This document shows, piece after piece, positions 38,201 to 47,478 of a stretch of DNA of 64,000 nucleotides. The notes under the pieces are model-generated. The model did no database searches, had not been told where the DNA came from, and worked only from the letters and a program-made list of their open reading frames with translations. Where the stretch lies: NCBI GenBank assembly GCA_965248355.1, contig OZ252098.1:1280001-1344000 (forward strand). Direction: 5' to 3'. This DNA comes from Candidatus Latescibacterota bacterium. GTDB lineage: Bacteria; Latescibacterota; UBA2968; UBA8231. The translations under genes and the position numbers were made by a program. Numbering within the stretch: the first letter of the stretch is position 1; each line of letters opens with the position of its first letter.

Positions 38201-39738
38201 GGCACGCACCTGCCGCCATCCTGCTCGCCTTGTGGGGCTGCGCCCCCGGCCCCGCCCCCGAGCCCGGTGACCCCCGGTCCGGCGTGCCGGCGCCGGCGCG
38301 CGAGTTCCGCGCCGTATGGGTGGCCACCGTCGACAACATCGACTGGCCCTCCCGGCCAGGCCTGACCGCGGGGCGCCAACGGCTCGAGGCCCGAGCCATC
38401 CTGGACCGGAGCCGTCAGCTCGGGCTCAACGCCGTCATCCTCCAGGTCCGCCCTCACTGCGACGCCTTCTACGCGTCGTCCCTGGAGCCCTGGTCCTATT
38501 ACCTGAGCGGCCGCCAGGGAGAGCCGCCGAAACCCGCTTACGACCCCCTTGAATTCTGGGTGGAAGAGGCCCACGCCCGCGGACTCGAGCTGCACGCCTG
38601 GCTCAACCCCTACCGGGCCCAACACCCGAGGAACCTGGGGGGCCTCTCGCCGCAGTCCATCGCCAGCCGGCGGCCCGACCTCGTGCGCACCCTCGGCGAC
38701 AGCGGCTACCTGTGGCTCGATCCCGGCTCCGAGGAAGTGCGCGATTTCACCCTGTCCGTCTTTCTCGACGTGGCCCGGCGATACGACGTGGACGGCGTGC
38801 ACCTGGACGACTACTTCTACCCGTACCCCTCCTACAGCGACGGCGCCGATTTCCCGGACGAGCCCACGTGGCAGGCGTACCGGGAGGGAGGCGGCCGCCT
38901 CGAGCGGGAGGACTGGCGGCGGGAGAACGTCGACCGCTTCGTGGAGACCCTCCACGCCAGCCTGCGCAGCCTGTCGCGGCCGATCAAGCTCGGCATCAGC
39001 CCCTTCGGGATCTGGCGCCCGGGGCATCCGCCCTCGATCGACGCCGGGCTCGATCAGTACGGCAAGCTCTTCGCGGACCCCCGGCGCTGGCTGCACGAGG
39101 GCTGGCTCGACTACTGCGCCCCACAGCTCTACTGGCCCATCTCCAAGGTCTCCCAGAGCTTTCCGGTCCTGCTCGCCTGGTGGGCCCGCAACAACCCGCA
39201 CGGGCGCCACGTGTGGCCGGGCCTGTACACCTCCTCCGTGCGCTCACGCGGCTGGCCGGCGCGCGAGATCGTCGACCAGATCATGATCACCCGCGGCCTG
39301 CTGCAGCCGGTGCCCGGACACATCCACTTCAGCGCCCGGGCCGTTCTCGACTCCGCCCGCGTCGGGTCCGGCGGGGACCGGCTGACGGCGATCCTGGCCA
39401 AGGGTCCGTACCGGGGTCCGGCCCTGGCGCCGGCCACGCCCTGGCTGGACGACCTGCCTCCCGAGGGACCACGGGTGACGGCTCGCCTTCAGGACCGCGA
39501 TCTCCTGCTGGACTGGTCCCGGCCGGCCGGAGAACGGCCCTTCCTCTACGTGGTCTACACCAAGGGCCGCGACAGCGGATGGCGGCACACGATCGTGCCG
39601 GCCTCCCGGACGGAGCTGCGTCTGCCCCTCGGGGGGGCCGGGGGGAAGGGCGAGGTGGAGGCCGTGGCCGTCACCGCCGTGGACCGCATGGGCAACGAGA
39701 GCGATGTACGCGTGCACCCCCTCGAGAGTCTGCTCTGA
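38197..39738 (+). CDS. Glycoside hydrolase GHL10 (YddW/DigH-like) lipoprotein
   Basis: Lipobox LWGC; EFRAVWVATV.NIDWPS, ELHAWLNPYR, DGVHLDDYFYPY, GISPFGIW, PQLYW. Confidence 0.9.
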   Translation: MRHAPAAILLALWGCAPGPAPEPGDPRSGVPAPAREFRAVWVATVDNIDWPSRPGLTAGRQRLEARAILDRSRQLGLNAVILQVRPHCDAFYASSLEPWSYYLSGRQGEPPKPAYDPLEFWVEEAHARGLELHAWLNPYRAQHPRNLGGLSPQSIASRRPDLVRTLGDSGYLWLDPGSEEVRDFTLSVFLDVARRYDVDGVHLDDYFYPYPSYSDGADFPDEPTWQAYREGGGRLEREDWRRENVDRFVETLHASLRSLSRPIKLGISPFGIWRPGHPPSIDAGLDQYGKLFADPRRWLHEGWLDYCAPQLYWPISKVSQSFPVLLAWWARNNPHGRHVWPGLYTSSVRSRGWPAREIVDQIMITRGLLQPVPGHIHFSARAVLDSARVGSGGDRLTAILAKGPYRGPALAPATPWLDDLPPEGPRVTARLQDRDLLLDWSRPAGERPFLYVVYTKGRDSGWRHTIVPASRTELRLPLGGAGGKGEVEAVAVTAVDRMGNESDVRVHPLESLL

Positions 39739-39793
39739 CGGCGGGTACCGCCGTTGCCCCAGGCCCGGGCAACGGACATATTTCCAATCCATC

Positions 39794-40450
39794 ATGCCCG
39801 CCATCGCCGATATCGGAACTCGTGTGGAGCTGGTGCCCATGGACGGGCACTGTCACGACATCACCCTGGCCCTGTACCGCCAGCCCACCACGAGCGGCCC
39901 CGCCTTCCTGGTGCACACCTACAGCTCCCGCGGCGAGGCGGAGCGGCGCCTCGAGGATGTCCGTTCCCTCATGACGACCCTGGGCGACCTGCGGCCATCG
40001 GTGGAGGCGGCCGGCCTGCTGGCCTTTCCCTGCGGGGATGAGCACGGCCTGGCCGTCCGCCGCCTCTTCCTCGAGGCGTGCAAGATCGGCTCGCCCGACG
40101 ATGCGACCCCTCCTTCCCTGTCCACGGTGGACCGCAAGTCGGGCCTGACCATCGTCGCCGAGCCTCTGGGAGAGGGCCAGTACCGGGTGCGGGCGGTGGG
40201 AGAGGCCGACGAGGCCGAGCGCTCCCGCCGGGTCGGCGTGATCGTCAACGGCCTCCTGAAGCTGGGAGAGATGCGCCCCGTGGAAGGGGCCGGGAACTGC
40301 GTCGGCTTCGACTGCGGCCATCCCCACGACGAGCTCGTGGGTCTGCTCCTGGTGCGCGCGCCGAACGTGCGCGCCATCGTCCGCGAACAGCAAGCGCTGG
40401 CCGGCCGCGGTGTGCTGGCGGCGCCGAGCCAGCAGGGGAATCAGTCATGA
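39794..40450 (+). CDS. Conserved hypothetical protein, first gene of the corrinoid operon
   Basis: 218-aa ORF with host-like codon pattern; ATGA overlap with the next gene; two FxCGxxH motifs. Confidence 0.7.
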   Translation: MPAIADIGTRVELVPMDGHCHDITLALYRQPTTSGPAFLVHTYSSRGEAERRLEDVRSLMTTLGDLRPSVEAAGLLAFPCGDEHGLAVRRLFLEACKIGSPDDATPPSLSTVDRKSGLTIVAEPLGEGQYRVRAVGEADEAERSRRVGVIVNGLLKLGEMRPVEGAGNCVGFDCGHPHDELVGLLLVRAPNVRAIVREQQALAGRGVLAAPSQQGNQS

Positions 40451-41478
40451 CCACCTCCGCCATGAACGGCAGGCAACGGGTCCTCGCCGCCCTGCAGCGA
40501 CAGCCCGTGGACCGCACGCCGGTGTGCAATCCCACCTCGGTGGCGACGGTGGAGCTGATGGACCTGGTGGACGCGCCCTTCCCCGCCGCCAACCGCGAGC
40601 CCGAACTCATGGCCCGACTGGCGGCCACGGGCTACACCGAGCTCGGCTTCGACAGCATCATGCCCGTGTTCTCCATCATCCAGGAGTCCTCGGCCCTGGG
40701 CTGCAAGATCCAGTGGGAGCAGAAGGACAACTGGCCCACGGTGAAGATGCGGGAACCGATCTGGACCTCCGCCGACGACATCCGGATCCCTCCCGGCCTG
40801 CTCACGCACCCGGACACGAAGTGCGTCCTCGACGCCCTCACCCTGCTGCGCCGGGAGTACGGCGACGAGGCCGCCATCATCGGCAAGACCATGGGCCCCT
40901 GGTCTCTCGCCTACCACGGCCTCGGCGTCGAGCCCTTCCTGCTCATGTCCCTGGACGATCCGGACGAGACCAAGAGGATCCTCGACGTCCTGAAGGAGGT
41001 CACCGTCGACTTCGGCATCGCCCAGGTCGAGGCCGGCGCCGACGCCCTGACCCTGCCCGACCACGCCACCGGCGACCTCGTGAGCGGCTCGTACTACGAG
41101 CGCTACCTGCGGGATCTGCACATCGAGTTCGCCGAGCGCATCCCCTGCCCCATCATCCTGCACATCTGCGGCCGCACCGTGGACCGCATGGAGTTCATCG
41201 CCCAGACCGGGATGGCCGCCTTCCACTACGACTCGAAGAACAAGCCCCGGGAGTCGAGGGAGATCGTGGGCGAGCGCATCAGTCTCGTGGGCAACATCAA
41301 CAACCCCGAGACCCTCTTCGCCCGGCAGCCCGAAGACGTGGCCGCCGAGGTGGTGAGAAACCTGGAGGCCGGGGTGCAGCTCGTCGGCCCGGAGTGCGCC
41401 ATCCCCCTGCAGACCTCCATCGAGAACCTGCGCGCCATCCCCGAGGCCGTACGCAAGTGGCACCTGCAGGCGAACTGA
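40447..41478 (+). CDS. MtaA/CmuA family Zn-dependent corrinoid methyltransferase (UroD fold)
   Basis: RVLAAL...VDRTPV, GPWSLA, AGADAL, Zn motif ILHICG, LVGNI, C-terminal GPECAIP...ENL. Confidence 0.88.
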   Translation: MTTSAMNGRQRVLAALQRQPVDRTPVCNPTSVATVELMDLVDAPFPAANREPELMARLAATGYTELGFDSIMPVFSIIQESSALGCKIQWEQKDNWPTVKMREPIWTSADDIRIPPGLLTHPDTKCVLDALTLLRREYGDEAAIIGKTMGPWSLAYHGLGVEPFLLMSLDDPDETKRILDVLKEVTVDFGIAQVEAGADALTLPDHATGDLVSGSYYERYLRDLHIEFAERIPCPIILHICGRTVDRMEFIAQTGMAAFHYDSKNKPRESREIVGERISLVGNINNPETLFARQPEDVAAEVVRNLEAGVQLVGPECAIPLQTSIENLRAIPEAVRKWHLQAN

Positions 41479-42228
41479 TTGCCCGGCCTGTCCGACATCC
41501 GCAACGAGTCCCTTCGCTTCGAGATCGAGGAGTACCTGGAGAAGCCGGAGGAGATCGCGCGCTTCGTGGAGGTCTTCTCCGCCGCCCGGCCGATCCACCA
41601 GGACATGGCGGCGGCCCTGATCGAGGGCGACCATCACACCGTCGACGCCCTGGCCGTCCAGGCCCTGGAGGAGGGCATCGAGGCGCTGGAGGTGATGGAC
41701 GACGGACTCATCTCGGGCATGGGGATCGTGGGCATCAAGTTCCGGGAGAACTTCATCTTCGTGCCCGAGGTCCTCGCCTGCGCCCGGGCCATGAAGGCGG
41801 GCATGGCCCACATCGAGCCGATCCTGTCGGCCTCGGGCGTCGAGAAGGCCGGCAAGGTGGTCATGGGGACGGTGAAGGGCGACCTCCACGACATCGGCAA
41901 GAACCTTTGCATCATGATGCTGAACGGCGCCGGCTTCGACGTCATCGATCTCGGCGTCGACACCTCGGAGGACGAGTTCATCGACGCCGTGGAAGAGTCG
42001 GGGGCCCGGCTGCTGGGGATGTCGGCGCTGCTGACGACGACCATGCCCAACATGGGCAAGACCATCGAGGCCTTCATCGACGCCGACCTGCGCGACGAGG
42101 TGCAGATCATGGTCGGCGGCGCCCCGGTGACCCAGGAGTTCGCCGAGGACATGGGCGCCGACGGCTACGGCAAGGACGCCCTGGCCTGCGTCGAACTCGC
42201 CAAACAACTGACGGGCAAACCCACCTGA
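41479..42228 (+). CDS. Stand-alone corrinoid (B12-binding) protein, MtaC/MetH-cap-like
   Basis: Cap domain GM..VG..F...IFVPEV; GDLHDIGKN (DxHxxG), SALLTTT, MVGGAPVT, GADGY; TTG start. Confidence 0.93.
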   Translation: MPGLSDIRNESLRFEIEEYLEKPEEIARFVEVFSAARPIHQDMAAALIEGDHHTVDALAVQALEEGIEALEVMDDGLISGMGIVGIKFRENFIFVPEVLACARAMKAGMAHIEPILSASGVEKAGKVVMGTVKGDLHDIGKNLCIMMLNGAGFDVIDLGVDTSEDEFIDAVEESGARLLGMSALLTTTMPNMGKTIEAFIDADLRDEVQIMVGGAPVTQEFAEDMGADGYGKDALACVELAKQLTGKPT

Positions 42229-42572
42229 TGACCGGGATCCCGCCCGAAGAGGTGCAGAAGCGCTTCGACCGCCTCACCGAGATCTTCGGAGAGATCGTCA
42301 ACCACGCCGACGCCCAGTCCTCGTGGCGCTGCCCGTACCGCGACCGCCACGATCTGTGCACGGCCAAGTTCCACTGCAAGAACCAGACGGCCGCCCCCGC
42401 GGGGAAGAGCACCGCCGACGGCGACCTGTCCTGCTCCCACGACGGCAGCTTCGACTACCGCAGCGCCTGGGAGTCGGACCCGCGCACCGAGGAGCGCGCC
42501 CGCCGCCGCATCGAGACCATCCGCGAGCGCGCCGCCGAAGGCCGCCAGGGGCGCCGCGGCCCCGGGCGCTGA
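42228..42572 (+). CDS. Small Cys-rich hypothetical protein
   Basis: ATG overlaps the upstream TGA; 114 aa, MTGIPPEEVQKRF...RCPYRDRHDLCTAKFHCKNQ...LSCSHDG. Confidence 0.7.
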   Translation: MTGIPPEEVQKRFDRLTEIFGEIVNHADAQSSWRCPYRDRHDLCTAKFHCKNQTAAPAGKSTADGDLSCSHDGSFDYRSAWESDPRTEERARRRIETIRERAAEGRQGRRGPGR

Positions 42573-42590
42573 CGGCCGGTCCCCCCGGCC

Positions 42591-44249
42591 ATGGCCGTCG
42601 TCCGCGCGCCCGGCCTCGAGCCGCAACGGCTGAAGCCGGGGCGCACCCTCTTCGACTACGCCGACGACCTGCGGCTGCAGGTCCCCACCTCCTGCCTGCG
42701 CAACGGCTATTGCCACGAGTGCGTGGTCGAGATCCACGCGGGCCTGGAGGCCCTGCGCCCGCGCTCGCCGGCGGAGCGGTTCCTGCGCGACCCGTACCGC
42801 CTGGCCTGCCAGGCCCTTGTCGTGGGCGACGTGGACGTGGATTTCGAGCCCCTCCGCCGTTCGCCGCAGATCCTGTCCGAGACCCGCCCCCGCCGCATCG
42901 AGCCGGACCCCGTGGTCCGGCGGCGCGGCGACGAGGTCCTGTACGGCTGCGAGCCCGTCGACCGCTACCGCGGGCACCTCTACGGGCTGGCCATCGATCT
43001 CGGAACGACGACGATCGCCATGGATCTCGTCGACCTGGAGACGGGAGACTCGGTCTGCGTCACCTCCTTCGAGAACCCCCAGCGCTTCGGCGGCTCCGAC
43101 GTGATGCACCGCATCACCTACGACGGCGGCCCCCACCACGGGGAGCTGCAGAAGGCGGTGACCACCGCCCTCAACCACCACATCGCCGACATGGTCCATC
43201 GCCTGGGCTTCGTCCGCCAGGAGATCTACGAGATCACCGTGGCCGGCAACCCGACCATGCGCGACCTGCTCTTCCGCCTGGACGTGCAGCCCATCGGCAC
43301 GCGCCCCTACAAGTCGATGGTGGAGCGCGCCTTCCTCGACGGCGAGCGGTCCACCACGGCCTGCGTGGAGAAGTCGCGGCGCCTGGGCATCCGCGCCAAC
43401 ATCCACACCCGCGTCTACGGCCTGCCCCTGATCGCCAGCCAGGTGGGCGCCGACACCGCCGCCGATCTGGTCGCCTGCGACCTGCTGAGCGCCGAGGGGG
43501 ACGAGGTGAGCCTGCTGGTCGACGTGGGCACCAACACCGAGGTCGTCATCGCGGGAAGAGGGCGGATGGTGGCCGCCTCCTCGCCGGCGGGACCGGCCTT
43601 CGAGGGCGGGCTCGTGAGCTGCGGCATGCCGGGCTACGAGGGCGCCATCGATTCGGTGCGCATCGACGACGAGGGGGCCTTCGTCTGCACCACCATCGGG
43701 GACGCCGAGCCCCTGGGCCTCTGCGGCTCGGGCCTGGTGGATCTGCTCGCCGAGCTGCGGCGCACCGGCCGCATGTCGGAGAAGGGCGTCCTCGGGGACG
43801 GCCGCCGGCGCAACCCGCGGCTGCCGGTGGCGCCGGAGCAGGGCATCACCTTCTCCGCCGAGGACGCCAGCCACCTGGCCCAGGCCAAGGCGGCCAACTA
43901 CTGCGGCCAGTATCTTCTGCTGCGCGAGTTCGGCATCGATCCCGCCGATATCTCCCGGCTGTACCTGGCCGGGGGCTTCGCCAACTACGTCGACGCGGCC
44001 AACGCCGTGGCCATCGGCTTCCTGGCGCCGGTGCCGGCGGAGCGCATCGTCAAGGTCGGCAACGCCGCCCTCCAGGGCGCCCGCGAGGTGCTCCTCAGCC
44101 GCGGCCGGCGCCGGCGGCTGGAGGCGGCCGTGGCCCGCATCGAGCACGTGGAGCTGGAGACGGTGCCCGAGTTCTTCGACGCCTTCGTCGACGGCTGCAT
44201 GTTCCGGCCCATGCCCTCCCGGGTCCTGAACCGACAGGATGCCCCTTGA
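42591..44249 (+). CDS. Corrinoid reductive activator RACo/RamA-like (ASKHA ATPase with N-terminal 2Fe-2S domain, DUF4445)
   Basis: SCLRNGYCHEC...RLACQ; DLGTTT, ENPQRFGGSDV, DVGTNTE, AGPAFEG, GLCGSG, LAGGF, GNAAL. Confidence 0.92.
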   Translation: MAVVRAPGLEPQRLKPGRTLFDYADDLRLQVPTSCLRNGYCHECVVEIHAGLEALRPRSPAERFLRDPYRLACQALVVGDVDVDFEPLRRSPQILSETRPRRIEPDPVVRRRGDEVLYGCEPVDRYRGHLYGLAIDLGTTTIAMDLVDLETGDSVCVTSFENPQRFGGSDVMHRITYDGGPHHGELQKAVTTALNHHIADMVHRLGFVRQEIYEITVAGNPTMRDLLFRLDVQPIGTRPYKSMVERAFLDGERSTTACVEKSRRLGIRANIHTRVYGLPLIASQVGADTAADLVACDLLSAEGDEVSLLVDVGTNTEVVIAGRGRMVAASSPAGPAFEGGLVSCGMPGYEGAIDSVRIDDEGAFVCTTIGDAEPLGLCGSGLVDLLAELRRTGRMSEKGVLGDGRRRNPRLPVAPEQGITFSAEDASHLAQAKAANYCGQYLLLREFGIDPADISRLYLAGGFANYVDAANAVAIGFLAPVPAERIVKVGNAALQGAREVLLSRGRRRRLEAAVARIEHVELETVPEFFDAFVDGCMFRPMPSRVLNRQDAP

Positions 44250-45268
44250 AGAGCTTTTCCGAACGACTGCAAGAGCCCCGGCCCGTCCTCTTCGACGGCG
44301 GCTTCGGCACGCAGCTCTTCGCCCGCGGCGTCGAGCTGCCCAACAGCGCCCTGGCCAACGCCCATCACGCCGACACCGTGGTCGACGTACATCGAGCCTA
44401 CATCGAGGCCGGCTCGGAGATGATCGAGACGAACACCTTCGTCGCCTCCGCCCTGCACCTGGAGATGGCCCAGGCCGGCGATCTCTCCGCCGGGGAGCTG
44501 GCCAGGCTCGCCGCCGGACACGCCCGGCGGGCCGTCGAGGAGAGCGGCCGGGAGGTGTTCGTGGCCGGTTCCCTCGGACCCTCTCCCGGGGCGATCGAGG
44601 CCGACGCCGGCGACACCGACTTCGGGATCGCCGACGACAAGGTCCGGGCCGCCCACCAGGAGGTGGCCGAGGGCCTGGCCGACGCCGGCGTCGACCTGCT
44701 CCTCGTGGAGACCATGTTCTCGGCCCGGGAAGCGGCCATCGCCGTCGACGTGGCCCGGGGGTTCGGACTGCCCGTCGCCCTCTGCCTGACCTACAAGTTC
44801 ACCCAGGACCGCAGGACGAAGCAGGTCATCTACCGCACCGACTGGGGCCACTCCCCCGCCGACGCCGTGGAGATCCTCGGCTCCGGGGAGCACTCCGGCG
44901 GCGACGACCTGCTGCCCTCCATCGACCTCCTCGGCCTCAACTGCGGCGCCGAGTCCGTCCGCGAGAAGCACTCCGGCATGGCCTACGCCATCGAGGGCAC
45001 GAGGCAGACCGCCGAGGCTCTCGCCGAGCGGGGCCTGACCGGCATCCGCCTGGCCGCCTTTCCGAACGCGGGCCTGCCGAAGATGGACCGGCAGACCCGG
45101 CTGACCTACTACCTGCAGGGACCGGAGGTGATGATCGCGAGCCTCGACGAGCTCCGGCGGGCGGGCGCCTGGCTCATCGGCGGCTGCTGCGGCACCACCC
45201 CCGACCACATCCGCGCCTTCCGGGAAGGCCTCGACGGCGGGGCCGGCCCGGGAGGGTCCGATGACTGA
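44246..45268 (+). CDS. Stand-alone homocysteine S-methyltransferase domain protein (split MetH/Bmt-like)
   Basis: LFDGGFGT, ETNTF, VAGSLGP, VETM, GLNC, PNAGLP, IGGCCGTTPDHI; TTG start overlapping the upstream stop. Confidence 0.9.
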   Translation: MKSFSERLQEPRPVLFDGGFGTQLFARGVELPNSALANAHHADTVVDVHRAYIEAGSEMIETNTFVASALHLEMAQAGDLSAGELARLAAGHARRAVEESGREVFVAGSLGPSPGAIEADAGDTDFGIADDKVRAAHQEVAEGLADAGVDLLLVETMFSAREAAIAVDVARGFGLPVALCLTYKFTQDRRTKQVIYRTDWGHSPADAVEILGSGEHSGGDDLLPSIDLLGLNCGAESVREKHSGMAYAIEGTRQTAEALAERGLTGIRLAAFPNAGLPKMDRQTRLTYYLQGPEVMIASLDELRRAGAWLIGGCCGTTPDHIRAFREGLDGGAGPGGSDD

Positions 45269-45530
45269 GTACCAGATCCTCTACTGGCGGGACATCCCCG
45301 CCCAGGTCCGCGTCTTCACGAGTCGGCGCCCCCTCTCCCGGCCGCTGCCCGAGCGCTTCCAGCAGGCCATCGACCGCGCCGCCATGGCCGAGGGTCTGGC
45401 CGGCACCGACGACTACCTGGCCCAGTGGCGGTGGACGGAGAGGCGCAGCGGCGACGGGGAGCCCGAGGAGCTGCTCCATCGCCTGATCGAGGAACTGGCG
45501 GCCGCGTACGACGCCGCCAACCCGGCCTGA
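45261..45530 (+). CDS. 'Virulence factor' (Virulence_fact/CvfA-like) small domain protein
   Basis: [11 protein letters not shown]...[15 protein letters not shown]...TDDYLAQW signature. Confidence 0.8.
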   Translation: MTEYQILYWRDIPAQVRVFTSRRPLSRPLPERFQQAIDRAAMAEGLAGTDDYLAQWRWTERRSGDGEPEELLHRLIEELAAAYDAANPA

Positions 45531-45534
45531 AGCC

Positions 45535-47478
45535 GTGGCCACGACCTATCCCAAGACCTACGAGACGATCGTCGTCGGCGGCGGCCACGCCGGCACCGAG
45601 GCGGCCCTGGCGGCGGCCCGCATGGGCGCCGAGACCCTGCTGGTGACGATGAACCTCGACACCATCGGCCAGATGTCCTGCAACCCCGCCATCGGCGGCA
45701 TCGGCAAGGGCCACATGGTCAAGGAGATCGACGCCCTCGGCGGCCAGATGGGGATCAACACCGACCTGTCGGGCATCCAGTTCCGGCGCCTGAACACCCG
45801 CCGGGGCCCCGCGGTGCGCGCCACCCGGGCCCAGTGCGACAAGAAGGCCTATCAGCTCGAGTTGAAGTACGCCTGCGAAGGCCAGCCCCGCCTCGACGTG
45901 CGCCAGGGGACGATGGAGAGCCTGCTGGTGGAGGACGGCGCCGTGGGCGGCATCGGCGTCAAGGGCGGCATCGTCTACTCCGGACGCACCGTCATCCTGA
46001 CGACCGGCACCTTTCTGCGCGGCAAGATCCACGTGGGCGACTACCAGTACGCCGCGGGGCGCGCCGGGGAGAGCTCCGCCGACCGGGCCGCGGAGGGGCT
46101 CGCCCGGCTGGGGTTCCGTATCGGCCGCCTGAAGACGGGCACGCCGCCTCGCGTCAACGGCCGCACCATCGACTTCCCGGCCCTGGAGCCGCAGCCCGGG
46201 GACGAGCCGCCGCCCACCTTCTCCAGCCGCACCGAGGGCCCCGCCCTGCCCCAGGTCCCCTGCTGGATCACCTACACCCACGCCGGGACGCACCAACTGA
46301 TCCGGGACAACCTGCAGCGCTCCGCCATGTACTCGGGGCGCATCGAGGGGGTGGGACCTCGCTACTGCCCGTCCATCGAGGACAAGGTCGTGCGCTTCGC
46401 CGGCCGCGACCGCCACCAGATCTTCGTCGAGCCCGAGGGCCTGCGCACTCACGAGCACTACATCAACGGCCTCTCCATGAGCCTGCCCGAGGAGGTGCAG
46501 CTGCCCGTCCTGCGTTCCCTGCCCGGCCTGGAGCGGGCCGAGATGATGCGGCCCGCCTACGCCGTCGAGTACGACTACGCCGAGCCGACGCAGCTGCACC
46601 CCACCCTCGAGACCAAGCGCGTGGCGGGGCTGTTCTTCGCCGGCCAGATCAACGGCACCACCGGCTACGAGGAAGCCGGCGCCCAGGGGCTGATGGCCGG
46701 GATCAACGCCGTGCTGAAGGCCCGCGGCGAGGAGGCCTTCGTCCTCGACCGCTCCCAGGCCTATATCGGGGTGCTCATCGACGACCTGGTGACCAAGGGA
46801 ACGACCGAGCCCTACCGGATCTTCACCTCGCGGGCCGAGTTCCGGCTGCTGCTGCGCGAGGACAACGCCGACGAGCGGCTCATGGAACACGGGCGCCGCT
46901 TGGGCATCGTCGACGACGAAACCTGGCGGCGCTACGAGGGCAAGCGCGCCAGCATCACCGCCGAGATCGAGCGCCTGGAGTCGCAGCGCCTGCCCCTCGG
47001 GGAGGGCGTCGACGAGCTTCTTCGGGAGCGGGAGACGGCGCCGGTGCGCGAGCCTCCCCTGCTGCGGGACCTGCTCCGGCGGCCCCAGCTTCGCTATGCC
47101 GACATCGCCGCCCTGGCCCCTCCCGAGCGCCCGCTGACGCCGGAGGCGGGGGAGTGCGTGGAAGCGCACGTCAAGTACGCCGGGTACATCGACCGCCAGG
47201 CCGATGAGGTGGCGCGGCTGCGGCGCATGGAGTCCCTGCGGATCCCGGAGGACTTCGACTACGACGCGGAGGCGCGCCAGCTCTCCTCGGAGGCGCGCCA
47301 GAAGCTCGGCCGCGTGCGGCCCCGCTCCCTCGGGCAGGCGTCGCGCATCTCGGGCGTCTCCCCCGCCGACGTCTCGTCGCTGATGGTCCTCCTCAAGGCG
47401 CGGAGGCGGCCGCCGCCGGCTGCTCCCGCCCCTTCACCTTCCGCACCCGGGAGTCCCCGCTCAGCAGCCAGCGGCTGA
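45535..47478 (+). CDS. mnmG: tRNA uridine-5-carboxymethylaminomethyl modification enzyme MnmG (GidA)
   Basis: [58 protein letters not shown]. Confidence 0.97.
   Translation: MATTYPKTYETIVVGGGHAGTEAALAAARMGAETLLVTMNLDTIGQMSCNPAIGGIGKGHMVKEIDALGGQMGINTDLSGIQFRRLNTRRGPAVRATRAQCDKKAYQLELKYACEGQPRLDVRQGTMESLLVEDGAVGGIGVKGGIVYSGRTVILTTGTFLRGKIHVGDYQYAAGRAGESSADRAAEGLARLGFRIGRLKTGTPPRVNGRTIDFPALEPQPGDEPPPTFSSRTEGPALPQVPCWITYTHAGTHQLIRDNLQRSAMYSGRIEGVGPRYCPSIEDKVVRFAGRDRHQIFVEPEGLRTHEHYINGLSMSLPEEVQLPVLRSLPGLERAEMMRPAYAVEYDYAEPTQLHPTLETKRVAGLFFAGQINGTTGYEEAGAQGLMAGINAVLKARGEEAFVLDRSQAYIGVLIDDLVTKGTTEPYRIFTSRAEFRLLLREDNADERLMEHGRRLGIVDDETWRRYEGKRASITAEIERLESQRLPLGEGVDELLRERETAPVREPPLLRDLLRRPQLRYADIAALAPPERPLTPEAGECVEAHVKYAGYIDRQADEVARLRRMESLRIPEDFDYDAEARQLSSEARQKLGRVRPRSLGQASRISGVSPADVSSLMVLLKARRRPPPAAPAPSPSAPGSPRSAASG

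Noticed and set aside
39739..39793. Cobalamin or SAM riboswitch upstream of the corrinoid operon or the MetE-like gene
   Set aside because: The intergenic gaps are about 55 nt and about 20 nt, too short, and I saw no B12-box or S-box consensus.
42323..45268. 981-aa ORF as a RACo/Hcy-methyltransferase fusion
   Set aside because: The N-terminal part is an off-frame shadow of the RACo gene; the Hcy domain starts near 44246 in a different frame from RACo.
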